From the NCBI RefSeq assembly GCF_006345805.1, contig NC_043006.1:26474001-26538000 (forward strand): DNA of 64,000 nucleotides, read 5' to 3'. Under the pieces are notes generated by a model. It was not told the origin of the DNA, made no database searches, and was given only the letters and a program-made list of their open reading frames with translations. Shown here piece after piece: positions 11,870 through 24,593 of the stretch. Source of the DNA: Octopus sinensis. Lineage: Eukaryota. A program made the translations under genes and the position numbers. Positions within the stretch are counted from its first letter, which is position 1, and every line of letters starts with the position of its first letter.

Positions 11870-13180
11870 TATATCATCATCATCATTTAATATCTATTAT
11901 CCATGCTGGCATGGATTAGATGGTTTGACAGGAACTGGTAAGGCCAGGAGTCTCACTTGGCTCCATTGTCTCTTCTGGCATGGTTTCTGTGGCTGAATAC
12001 CCTTCTTAATGCTATCCACTTTACAGAGTATATAGGGTACTTTTTTACATGGCATCAGCATCAGTGCTTTTTCTGTGGTACCTTGATTTTAGAATATCAG
12101 TTCTGTTGTGGTGGGCAGAGTTTCTTGAGTACAGCAATGTGTCGTATATCTTGGCCCTTTGCCAACTTCTTCATAAGGCCCCATGTTTTGAGATAGGCCT
12201 TCAATACTTTGTGCCATGTCTTCTGGGGTCTCCCTCTTCCACAACTTCCCTCCACTTTGAGTGAAAAGCACTTGTTTATGCACTTGTCCTCATCCATCTA
12301 TGTCACATGACCAAACCAGCGCAATCTTCTCTCATGCACACTGCATATAATTCCTCTTATGCCTAACTTTTCTCTCAATACCCTTGTGCTCTGTTGCACA
12401 TATACACTAACATTGCACATCCATTAGAACATACCAGCTTCATTCCTCTCTTGTCTTCACATGTCCTTCATGTTTAGGACCCATGTCTCACTACCATGTA
12501 GCATTGCAGTTCATGCATGTGCATCATACAATTTTCCTTTCACTCAGAGAGAGAGAGAGAGAGAGACACCTTTGGTTGCCGACAGAGGCAAAAGCTCTCT
12601 GAACTTTCTCCATCCTACTCTTATTCTAGCAACTACACTTTTGGCGCATCTTCCTCCACTGCTAATTAGGTCACCTTGTACTAGAAATTATCTACTACTA
12701 CTTCTAGAGAGCCTCTGGGGCATCTGAGGAAATTGTTTTCCTATGCAGGTGGCACGTAAAAAGCACCCACTACACTCACGGAGTCATTGGCATTAGGAAG
12801 GGCATCCAGCTGTAGAAACATTGCTAGATAAGACCGGAGCCTGGTGCAGCCTTCTGGCTTCCCAGATCCCCGGTCGAACCGTCCAACCCATGCTAGCATG
12901 GAGAACGGACGTTAAACGATGATGATGATGATGATGATGCATAGTATTCTTTATGGCTCTTGTGCATTTGAGTATACTGAATGGAATTTCTGCCTACACC
13001 TTTCCTACTTATCAAGTAGGGCCATTTACCTGAAGTGGGTAGGATCCTATCTGATTTCTTGCTTACCAGCACCATGGTCTTTGCTAAGTTAACTTTAAGA
13101 TCCTTTGATGCCAGGTTCTGTTCCCACACCTAGAATTTCTTTTCTAGTTCTGTTACAGATTCTGCTATGAGGCAAGATCA
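11870..13180 (-). mobile_element. Degraded RTE LINE 3' region with a + strand RTE 3' tail inserted at about 12740-12940
   Basis: VEGSCGRGRPQKTW and SGKWPY..RKGVGRNSI peptides on the minus strand. (TCA)n tail at 11875. The inserted tail ends ggacgttaaacgatgatgat. Confidence 0.85.
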
Positions 13181-13989
13181 TCAACATATAGTAGTTCCCA
13201 TGAGCTTCTAAATCTAAATTCCTCTGTTGTGGCCTGAAAGACTGATGAATAGGAGGGGGCTAAGGACTGAACCTTGGTGAACTACCTTTACACTAAATTT
13301 GTCACTGTATTTTTGGCTAGCTCTTACCTTACTAACAGTACCCCTATACATGGCCTATACTGCTTTCACAAGCCATTCATCTACCCCAAACTTCCTTTTA
13401 GTATCATGATCAATAGTCAGTATTGTTCTACCAAGCCCAGACCCTCAGCTCTTTTATTCTGTATGTATACAACCAAAGATAGACTTCTGTTTTCAACCAC
13501 ATTTCCACAGCACTTCTGCTTCATTGAACTATTCTCTATAACTGTTTTCTCCTTTCCTCTGACTGTCAGACTACTTCTAACTTTCCCAAGACATCTCTCT
13601 CCCCTTCAAAAGACTCAAAAACTTGTGTAACTTCTTGGTTAGAAGCTTCTTTTCCCCATACAACACACATCCTAGCATCTTTAAATGCTCCTGACTTGAT
13701 ACCAATCTTATTTACTGTATCACCTGTAAACTCCCAAAGCTTGTAGTCACTTGTGAAACTGACCATTGACCAGATGATCACTTTCATAATGTCTCCTTGC
13801 TGTCCATAACATTTCAATTCACCAACCTCTTTCTCCGTTTCTCAAATTAACAAGCTTTCATGTCAATTACCTTCTGTCCTTCACTTTTGTCCTCCTACTA
13901 ACATGTATTTATCCTAGTTAACCCAACTCCTCAATTCTTCCCAATTATTTTTCTCTCTTGATACTTCCAGTCTGTTTATTTAAGGCCCC

Positions 13990-14240
13990 TATGTAGTTAC
14001 AAGAAGATATAGAACAACCCTTCAACCTTCCCTTTCTCAACCCAGCCAAACATTGGGGATGTAACAGCTAGAGGAAGAGAGGGTTGCACCAGTACTAGGC
14101 TGGCACTCATTTTCAACTGAGTAGACTGATGCAACATAAAATTATAGAGCCTTGCCCTGGGACACAATGCACCAACCAGTCTAGGAAGTGAATCCATAAT
14201 CTTATGATCATGAGCCCACATCTTGACCACTAGGCCTCTA
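13990..14240 (-). mobile_element. tRNA-headed SINE (third family)
   Basis: The minus strand begins ggcctagtggtcaag...ggattcacttcc (A/B-box-like), then tgtgtcccagggcaagg. Confidence 0.5.
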
Positions 14241-15489
14241 AAGTATCATAAAATTACAAATTTTTGGTATGAGTCTATACTGGTTCTTAATCCAACTCTC
14301 AAATCCATGCCCCTCTTACCTTGGTTTCAATTATTAACTCGATAAATGTACTGATATCTCCCTATATTCCTACTGTCTCCTGCAGATTTCATATTTTCTG
14401 CCACATCATTCAAGGCTGAATACATCTTCCATGTGGTGATGATTGGTAAAATGATCAAAATTTAAACACAAGCTGTCATCCATTGAACCCTGCTCTTTGC
14501 TGTTTGCCCCATTATTGTATCACTGTTCTTATATTTTGTTTCCTACAGTTCACATAAACTCTTATGTCTCTGGTATACCTTCATTCTCATGTATCCTAAG
14601 AAAATTCCAATCTTCAAACTGTTATCGTCTTCCTCCAATCTCAAATATGTGGCCTTGTACTTTTAATGGAAATGATTATAGTATGTTTACATAGGTAGAT
14701 GGTCCTGCTATAAATAATCTCTGTACACATCTCATTTCTATTGTCTGAGAAGCTCAGTGTTTTCAGATTCAACCTTATTATTTCCTCTCATGCATTTCTT
14801 CACCTTCTTTTATTCTAGACATCTTCTACTGTGAACTCCTGAAACATTTTAATCTAGCAAGAATCATCTGTTCATGTCCACACCTAGAAAGATCTGCATT
14901 ATTGCTCGTTTTGGTTTTCTATATCAACACATTTCTTATACAAGTCTCATAGTCTTCCTTTTGCAAGGAATGAGAAACAAGTTGATGTCAGATGTAGTAA
15001 TTCTCAAAGCTTCTTTTACCATGTTCTAAGTGTAATCTCAATATTTTCCTTTTGTTTCATTCCAGTGCTACTTGTATCACCCCAGTAACAAAATATATCT
15101 ACTAGTAGCAATAATAATTTATTTAATTATCTCAATATCTTTATTTTGTGGTTATCCCTGCCATCAACTATTCTAGTGCATCTGTTAGTTACAGTTCTTC
15201 AGTTTTCACTCCTCTCATCAATGATATTCCTTACTGATTATGGGCAATTCTTCTTATCATTCTTGAACATAGTGATAAACAATACTCCTTTTCTAATTTA
15301 TCTTCAAGAATAATTAAAAAAAACTGTCTGCAAGTACTTTAGCTATTTCAGGTGAGGTTATAAACTTAGCACACTTCCTTTTTAAAAATGTTAAAATTTT
15401 AAAATTTATATCTTGTAATTTTATCATGCATTTCTATAATATATATTTTGCTAATATAGATTGTTTTCATGTTTCTTAATGTGTTATAG

Positions 15490-15586
15490 GTTGTCACTCT
15501 ATGGTATCGTCCACCTGATGTATTATTTGGTGCTAAGCTCTATTCAACATCCATTGATATGTGGTCAGCGGGATGCATATTTGCAG
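15490..15586 (+). CDS. CDK5: CDK5 coding exon: [32 protein letters not shown]
   Basis: ttatag acceptor, gtaaat donor, 97 nt. Confidence 0.98.
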
Positions 15587-15912
15587 GTAAATTATGTGAT
15601 TTACGTATTCTCCAAGCAATTGTTTTCACTGCTGGATACCCTTTTGTACAACTAAAGTGATAATTTAGCTATAAAATTGGAGTTAAACTTTTCAGTGAGG
15701 CAAACTTAGAATCTGCTTTATTGGAGTAGCACAACAATGTTCATTAAATGTACTGACCATATGGTTAATAGGCCAGATATTCTGTACTCCATGTGGTACA
15801 TTGATATATGTTTCTTAAATAAACTATTTTAGTTAAATTTGTCTTCCTACTTTTAAAATTTACATTATTATGGATTTCATTGTTTATAAATAACTTACTT
15901 TTTCTTTTTTAG

Positions 15913-15982
15913 AGTTGGCTAATGCTGGACGGCCTTTATTTCCTGGAAATGATGTTGATGATCAACTGAAGAGAATTTTCAA
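15913..15982 (+). CDS. CDK5: CDK5 coding exon: [24 protein letters not shown]
   Basis: tttttag acceptor, gtaaaa donor, 70 nt, phases match the neighbouring exons. Confidence 0.97.
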
Positions 15983-18701
15983 GTAAAATTTTATATATGT
16001 TTTTTAGTTGATTTTTATCTTCATAGTTAAGGGTAAAAATTACATATATTTAGCTGGTATTTTCTAAAACCAGGCAACATTCTATATAAGGAGTTTTATT
16101 GATGTGAAATTAGTAGTGGACTGATTAGGTGTTAGCTTAACAGTTGGCAGGTCACCAGGTTTTATTTCTGCACTGCATTTTCACTGTATTACTGGCCAAG
16201 AACTCTTAATAGCTCTATTTTTCTTACAATAAAAGGAGTACTATAGAAAGCACACTAGGATTTGAAATATTTAGGAATCATGTTTTCTATTGAAAAGATT
16301 GTAAAATTTGCCATGGTACCAAATGTTCAACTTTCCAGCAAGACTTGTATAAAGCATTTTGCTATTATTTGATCAAGTTCTTGTACATTTGAAATTTAGT
16401 GTCATATATCTGGTCAGTCAGATCTTGTAATTACACACACATATTTCTAAATATGTATATATGTACACACACACACTCACACACATTCATATATATGTAC
16501 ATATGCATAATCGCATACTCACATATATGCACAAGTGCACATGCACATTTTCTTACTGGTTTCACTTACTGGATTGTGCCCATGTTGGGGCATGACATTT
16601 ATGAGTTTTAGTTGAGGTATCAACTCCAGTCTTATTTTTACTGACAATGGGGAAAGTTAAGGAGTCATAAGATGGAACTGACAAAAGACTTAATACCACA
16701 GAATATTTATACTCGGTGCTCTGATACTGCCATCCAACAGCACTATATGTACAGTGTCATCATTTTATGTCCATTTCCAATGCTGCAAAGTGGGCCATCA
16801 TAGTGTGAGAGTCAGTTCTCATTTGGAGTTACTATCCTCTTAGAGAGTGCTGGGGCCAGGTATTATTTCTACTCTACATTTTAGGCATGGTATCTATGGC
16901 CAAGTCCCCATCCTAGTAATAACTACTTTTCATTGTGATGTCCTTGGTGAAACCAGAGAGTTCTATCTCTACATTGTTTCCATTTGTTTTCAACAGCAGC
17001 ATGAAAGAGGTTGCCTTGTCTTCTACAACACAAAAGAGTTCTTTTTACTCTATGCTATCTGTATTTATTCAAGGCAACATGATTGAGAAGATAATTAGAC
17101 AAGGGAGTGATGACAAAGAGGGAAGCAGGATGAGAAGGTACTGAAAGAGAAAGTGTGATAGGATAAACTGAGTGATGGGTGCAAGAGAATTAATAAAGGG
17201 GGAAATAACGAAGAGAGAGAGAAGTGATAGGTAGCTACATATTGTTGGTAAGAAGATTGGAAACTAAAACAACATGAGCAGTATAATTAGGGGAAGCGAT
17301 AGAGAAAAAGTGTTGTTACTGTCATCATCACATGATATTCCTCCACTTTCTATGCTGGCATTGGTTTACATCATCAGTGAACTCAATTCTTAGTTCCTTT
17401 TTGAAAATCATTCAGGTGTGCTTAATTATACCTCTTTCTTCACAGTCCAATTTTCCAATTGCCTGATTTGTTGCCAAAGCCGTGTTGGGTCAAGCATTGT
17501 CATAGTGAATGTAGAAAGTTTTCAGATTCTTATTCAGTCTCTTCCTCCAAACATCTTTTTGAGTGTCTCAGTACTGCTGTTCACATTACAGCCACGCTCC
17601 AGAAAATCAAGGAGAATAATACCCTTGTCATACCCCAAGGTATGCCAGTCACTGGCTCTTGAACTTTTTAGGTCTTAGAGAAGAGGTGCAATGACATTCC
17701 ATGAACTCAGCATTCATTTCCAAATACTTAGGATATGCTTGTATTTCATTCCCTGGTGCCAGATCAGAGGGGAAAAAAACATGTCTCAATTGGCTTCAAA
17801 CATCTCCACTAAATCAGAACAGACTTCTACCCTTGTCTTCTTCAAATCAAATGTCAGCTGCTGAGGTATTCACTTTCTATATACTTTCCAATACCCAAAT
17901 TCTGTCCTGATCTGAATCCATTTGTCCACTTGTTGGCAATTCATGTCAGTAGCCACAGCTGATGGTTCCCTACTGCCTGGTTTATATTCAATGCTGCTTT
18001 CTCCTGCTTTAATCGTTTTCATCTATCTTTGAACATTGCTTAAATGAATGGTATCTCTGTAAACAAGTTATAGCTTTCTGTGGATACACCCCCCCCCTCT
18101 TTCATTAAGAATTCTATGCCAGCACATTGTTTCCACTTGGCATCCATTATTTGCCTGCAATAAAGAAGAAATATTATTAGAGAGGAAGAATTTACTCTAT
18201 CACCAAGTGCAATATGAAAAACTCATGGTAATTAATAAAAAGGCTATACCTATTTTTGCATTACTTTCTGTAGAATCATGTGTGTGTGTTCATTTATATG
18301 GTCCTTCCATTACTCATGAGTATGCTGTGTTATTTTCTTTCTTTGGGTAACTTCTAATAAAAGATATCTTTGACAATAAAGTAACATCCTAGATGCTAGA
18401 ATTCTGTTAACAAGGTTGGTGGCATTTGAGATGGACAAAAATACATTTGTTAAAGTTAGGTCAATTTTACCAGGAACTAGATTAGCTGCATTTGTTGAGC
18501 GAACAAATTAATCTTTCCCTATTATCAATGAAATATCACTTGACTTAAGTCATACTCACTTTGTAGCATTTTTAACATTTAGGTAAAAGAAACATTCAAT
18601 ATTTTTACATCTGTATCTTTACACTGTACAATTTATTTTTACCTCTTTCTTCACTTGGATTTTATTTCTACGTTTACAACTTTATTTTGTAATTTTCAAA
18701 G

Positions 18702-18762
18702 ATTACTTGGCACGCCAATTGAAGACACATGGCCCGGTGTTAGTCAGCTTCCTGATTATAAG
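18702..18762 (+). CDS. CDK5: CDK5 coding exon: LLGTPIEDTWPGVSQLPDYK
   Basis: ttttcaaag acceptor (less common AAG), gtaaga donor, 61 nt. Confidence 0.95.
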
Positions 18763-19032
18763 GTAAGAAGTTGTAGCGAATTTAGTGATTTCTTCCTCAG
18801 AATCTTGAATTTTATGGAAATGTGTGTGTGCGTGTGCATGTGCGCACATGTAAATTGACATATATGTGACATCTACTTAGCTTAGTTTCGTAAGTATGGA
18901 AATGGATGCTCTTCATTGCATTAGTTCTCTCTTTTTTTAAACCGTTAGATTCACTTCAACATTTAAATTTAATTTGTCAAAATATTTTCGTCGCTTTGAG
19001 ACCACAACCTGTTCTCTGACAAAACTTTGTGC

Positions 19033-19092
<60 letters not shown>

Positions 19093-19227
19093 GTTACATT
19101 ACTCGATAGTCAAGATAAAACTATCGAGTAATGTAACATATTATTTTATAGATAAATTTCCTCTATTTACATAATATTGAGGTCTCTTTCTTTCTTTTGT
19201 TATCTTACCGTTTTACCAATATATATA

Positions 19228-19270
<43 letters not shown>

Positions 19271-19381
19271 ATATGTACTGACAGGGGAGATAAATGCCCC
19301 ATGAAATCAGCCATAAATTTTTATGGTAAAAATATATATACTGACAGCTTGATTTAGCCAAACCATCAAACATTTGAGTAG

Positions 19382-19432
19382 TTACTACTGACGGGCCTAT
19401 GACTGGTAGGCAAAACTAATCTAGTCCAGTGA
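19382..19432 (+). ncRNA. Type I hammerhead ribozyme motif with two core substitutions
   Basis: ttacta-CTGACGg-gccta[tgactgg]taggc-aAAA-cta[atc]tag-TC-cagtga. Helix II and helix III are perfect, the cleavage triplet is GTC, and helix I pairs at 5 of 6 positions. Confidence 0.7.
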
Positions 19433-19573
19433 TTCTGGAGACACTTACGGGGTGGTTATCTCCTATATATTTTGTGCATGTCTTACAGCATTGAGAGATT
19501 TTAGCTTTTTCTTGCAATATAAGTGCCTTGGCACCCTCGTCACAATTAGTGACAATAAAACTTTTCTTTTGTG

Positions 19574-19623
<50 letters not shown>

Positions 19624-19949
19624 GATATAGAGAGAGAGAGAGAGAGAGAGGGGTAGAAAATCCAATATAAACTGTAGATCCAATTCAGGTTGTTGCTAAG
19701 TGTGGTATAGGTATAAAAGGAACAACACAAATGGGGCTTAAATTTTACTACAGCTGTTTTGGTAGCATTTTAATGATGCAGTCATAGATTACATCATAGC
19801 ATAAATCCTCCAGCCTCAGGTAAAATTCTAAACTGGTATAAACAGGTAAGGTAAAACCTTGATGATGATCTATTCAATAAGCAACATGATAATTAAATGA
19901 TATTTTAAAAAAGAACAATAGTATTTATAGAGAAATCAGAGGAGTATAA

Positions 19950-21300
19950 CAGACATTCTTGAAGCAAAGGGGTCAAAACAACTGTATAATTTCAAGCAGT
20001 TATCTTAATTAGTTTATAACCATGACCTACTGTGAAATAGTGCCAGGAAGCATTTATCAACAAAAGATGATCTGGATTAAAAAGGCTCTTCTCTGTTGAG
20101 AATGTTAGTTAAAAAAAAAGAACTGACATATTGTGTCTAACTTATATTGGAAAAATGTTAGGAAAAAATTCAGATCTGCAGGAGTTTGTACATCATCAGA
20201 TCAATATCCAAAAGTAGGTCTACCCTTCACAGACATCACTCCAAACAAAGCTTCCATCAAAAGAAACCAAGACCAAGAACTGAATATAGTTCATCGCATA
20301 CCAGTAAAGGTAGCACCAACCACTCCTACAAAGTAAAGCTATAATTCATATGGAGATGGAGAAACCAAGCATGGCTGATTTTGAAATTTGAATTTGAAAT
20401 TAGTGGAGGGAAAAGAGAAATCATCAAATCTTGTGGAATAAAAGATAGAAAACAATTCTGAAAAGTAAGACGACTGAACAAATCAGCACATATGTTGGGA
20501 CTCTTTGCAATAGGCTTAGCATGAAGATAAATACCATACAAAAGCCTTCAAATGAAAAAGAATCGTTACCTGAAGACAATAAATAAAAAAGATAGGTTTA
20601 AAGTTTCTAATTTCCATGACCCAGTTTTTCTGCAGGACAGCGGCTCAGTGACTATAAGATCTGAGTGCCGCATGAATATATGTTGTAATAACTCTGGTGA
20701 ACAGTTGAATCCCTAGATCCGTCAGTCTAAAAGGGAGAGAACATTCCCTGCTTTGAGTGAAATACATAAGCAGCATCACAAGTTTGTGAATAATTTATTT
20801 GAGAAAATCCTTGATATGGACAACAGAATCAGAATAACCTACCCTTGTGAAGTGAATAAAGTGCTCTGCTCAAAATTCTTAGTACATTACTGAATACATC
20901 AGACAATGAAGATCAGACGATACTCCAGCCAAAATGTTAAGACTACTTCAACATTGATGAGGATACTAGTCTAAACATATCGATGTATGATAATGAGAAC
21001 TCATCCCAAAAATACAGACCAAAAAGTTTTCAACATCAGAAAGACTTGGCTTGCAAAGCCAACAAATTTTTCTTGGCAGCGACAGCTTTTGAAAACTTTT
21101 CATGATGAAATTAATCAGCTTTTCTCCTTTGCTATAATTTTGTATTGAAAGGCACTTTTAACTCCTTATAGCATCTCTCGTTATGATCCATCCCTCAATT
21201 TTTGGGGGGAACTTATTCTTTTGCATAAACCCTATTTATCTACAAACAATGAAAGTAGCTTAATTGCTTTTAAGTGTCTAAATAAGATTGAAACTATCAC
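19950..21300 (+). mobile_element. Possible heavily degraded Penelope-like RT
   Basis: Weak peptide echoes only: LPFTDITP (~LYTNIP) and PVKVAPTTPT (~GTKVAPTYA). Lies downstream of the hammerhead motif. Confidence 0.3.
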
Positions 21301-21455
21301 TTTGAAGGAGATTACAGCTTTCATTATAGAAAAAGGTATCAAATAAAAAATAAAGGAAAATTGTTAGATAAAGCTGTGTAGGAAATTAGGTATTAGCAAG
21401 TAATATAAATAATTTGCCTCTGGTTCTTATTTGTCTTAATTACTTTCTATTTCAG

Positions 21456-21536
21456 TCTTATCCAATTTACCATGTGAGCACAACATGGCCTCAAGTGGTT
21501 CCGAAACTTAATTCTAAAGGACGTGACTTACTTCAG
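21456..21536 (+). CDS. CDK5: CDK5 coding exon: SYPIYHVSTTWPQVVPKLNSKGRDLLQ
   Basis: tttcag acceptor, gtagtt donor, 81 nt. Confidence 0.95.
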
Positions 21537-21941
21537 GTAGTTAACTATCTTTTTTTATCACAAAGTTTTAACAATATTTTAGTTTCCCTAGTTCCCCACT
21601 TAAAATTACAGTAACTTCTTATTTTTGTTCCCATTAACAAGAGCCATGTATCACTATCAAAATTTGAAAATGTTTCTGTTGTGTTATTCTAGAGAGAATA
21701 GGTATTTTGTTTTAATAGCTTAGCTGAAGGGAAAAGGGTAGCACCTATGACCTTTGTAGGTCCTTTGACATTGAAGAGGCAAAAAAGAGAGAAAGAAACT
21801 AAGAATCAAGGGTTGCCACTAACTGCTACTACAATCTCTGTAACTAATTCAGCTGGAAGTCAGTGTCTGCAAGTAGGCCTGCTAACAGCTGGGGGCAACC
21901 TTTCAGAGTAATTTTCAAAGATTTGATTCCTGACACATCAG

Positions 21942-22756
21942 GCAGGAATTATGAAATAAAGTAAGATGAACATCTATTTCATATGGTGAAAGAATATGAA
22001 GAAATATTGATCCAGAGAATGAAGAACCATTTCTTCCTCTGGAAAACCACTTCTATCTGAACTCCCTAATGAACAGATGCTATGCAAAGGTAGAAGAGGT
22101 ACAATTGGAAGTAGTACATCATAACAGAGTCTTGATTTAAAAGCTTGCAGCAGAGTGGGATCAACTAAGGGCATCCAAGAGCCAAGTGATATTGTTGAAC
22201 CAAGCAATTATTTAGGTCTACCAACTGAAAAAAATGTTATATCATGGTACCAGCTCTAGAGAGGTTGTCATACTGGGTTTAGGCATATGCAATTTGAAAT
22301 AACTAAAGCTAATAGACAAGCTCTTGGCTGCGGCTTTAGAAGCCATACCTCTCTTAGGATGATCTCCATTAGTTGATTGTGGAAAGAAGAAAGAAAAGAA
22401 AGAAGAAATGATGACAAACAGTTGTATGTAGATAGAGATAGATCCCATTGAGAGTGAGGAGAGAGAGAGAGAGAGAAAGAAATGAGGAGACAAAGTTGAC
22501 AGGTTGGGAGTGACACTGAAGTTCAGTGAACTAATGTAAGTTGGGACAGTAACAGTGCAAACAAAAGAAATCATAAGTACAGCTAAAGCTAAAGGTAATT
22601 AGGATTAACTAATTAGAACAAACAAAAGAGAATTAAGACTATAAAAATGGTATGAAAAAAATAAAAGCAGGAATTATGAAATAAAGTAAGATGAACATCT
22701 ATTTCATATGGTGAAAGAATATGAAGAAATATTGACCCAGAGAATGAAGAACCATT
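21942..22756. repeat. Pair of 91-bp direct repeats (21942-22032 and 22667-22756)
   Basis: One mismatch seen (gatcc/gaccc). Confidence 0.9.
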
Positions 22757-22813
22757 TTTTAATGACATTTTTTAAAATACAGACTCAAAGTAGACCTTGA
22801 AAAGAGAGGGCAT

Positions 22814-22854
22814 GTCATTGATGAGGTTATGAATAGCAATGAAAGGACATTTAC
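22814..22854 (+). ncRNA. More decayed copy of the hammerhead relic at 9004
   Basis: gtca-tTGATGA-g-gttat[gaata]gcaat-GAAA-ggacat-ttac, with the same spacing and flanks as 9004-9044. Confidence 0.4.
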
Positions 22855-23832
22855 AAACAACAACTGATTGATTGTTTAACAAACCCATTAGATAAACAAT
22901 TGATCAGTTAATTGGTTAAATATTTAACTGATTGACTAATAATATAGAAATGATATTGGACCAGTGTGTGTGGTTATTATTGATATAATGACTCTCCCAA
23001 AGTAGAAGCAATGATAAAGAGAAAATTGAAATAGAAATTTCATTAAGTTAATTTTATAATGATATAATGTAGTAAAAACAAATTAAGTATCAGACAGCCA
23101 TCTAATTGGTTGACTTTTTATACTTTGCCATTAACATCATGTTACACCCATGGCCAAATTATTCGGCCTTCAATGTCTGAATATACCTAGTTCTAAGTAG
23201 GTAAACTAGCAATATAAGCCAATGCTAGTGATAAAGGAAGCTCTTTGAAATTAACTAGTGATTTTTTTTGGTTTGCAGTATCAATTTCCCTTCTCTTGAG
23301 AAAATCTATCATAGAGTAATGTTCTTTATGGAGAGAACTGGAGATACACACTAGATCTTTGAGAAAATAGCTTTGGCTTTAAACTTATAAAAAATACAAA
23401 CTGAGCAGAAATTATCAATGAATTGAAACATAAATTTTGACTTCTGAGGCAAAGTTAGAAACGAGAGAAAAAAGTCAAACAGAATATATATAAAACTAAA
23501 ATTTAAGGCAAAAGCAACTTTTTTTTTATAGAATATACATAGCCTGTCCACTAGCATTCCTGATGTATAAATTGAAGCTGAAATATTCAGTCTACAAGAG
23601 TTTGATGAATAGTGTCTGTAGTAATTTATATTCAAATTATTAATTATTTTTGTATTTACTCTATATTTAGGGAACATTTTTTAATTCTATTTTGGGTCCA
23701 AGCATGTTTTTGCTGTGAAATATAAATTATTTGGAATATATTGAATTTTTAAAATTTTATTTTGTATGTATAGAGTTGAAAAATGTAAGACTGATAACAA
23801 TAATGATTGAATTGTTACCTTTTCTTTTCCAG

Positions 23833-23931
23833 CGACTGTTAGTATGTAATCCATCACAACGACTTTCTTCTGAGGAGGGTATGCAACACAGTTATTTTGC
23901 CGACCTCAGTCCTGCAATCAAACAGGGTTGA
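23833..23931 (+). CDS. CDK5: CDK5 terminal coding exon: RLLVCNPSQRLSSEEGMQHSYFADLSPAIKQG*
   Basis: ttttccag acceptor and TGA stop at 23929-23931. The in-window exons sum to 765 nt in one frame (254 aa plus stop). Confidence 0.95.
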   Translation, partial: RLLVCNPSQRLSSEEGMQHSYFADLSPAIKQG

Positions 23932-24570
23932 ATCACCAGCTAAATAGGAAACATTTTGTGATTTTCACTTGTATACATTGTCAATTCTATTGATTACTTC
24001 TTATCAATCAGTATCTTTAATTTAGCAGAAGATTAGCAAAAAATATATTTGCTACTTTAAAGACTGGAGTAACTGTTAAACTAAGGTTATGTAAAGTACC
24101 TCACATTTGAATGGTTTGTAACAATTCAGTAACTGATATAACTCGTATCCATTGGGCTGTAATTCTACCATTTTTAGTGTGATTCATGTAAAATGTTATG
24201 GAATCTAGTCATTTTCTCCTTTCACTCCCATTTCTTTCTTAAATATAATTTTATTATCATTTATAGCTTCTTCTCTTAGTTCAATGTTGGGAAAAGGAAA
24301 ATAAAGAGAATAGAATTCTTTGTATCCTTTTTTTCTTTGTAATTTTCTCCAGATTTAATGTTCTGTGTTAGCTTTGTCATATCTCAGCTCCTTTCCACAG
24401 CTTAGAGCTGCAACACCTACCTCAGCTCATATACTCTTCTGAGTATGTTTAAAAACTTTTCCTGTGTGTTGTTCTTAAAGTAATCAAGCCACTGAGAAGC
24501 TGGTCAACCCCATTATGATTTCACCCTTCAGGGTGGAATTTGAAATGTTTTGTCTAGAATTTACCCATTA

Positions 24571-24576
24571 AATAAA
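24571..24576 (+). promoter_or_regulatory. Candidate CDK5 polyadenylation signal (AATAAA)
   Basis: AATAAA about 640 nt after the stop codon; another AATAAA lies near 24300. The site actually used is unknown. Confidence 0.35.
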
Positions 24577-24593
24577 AAAAAAAGCAATGCATA

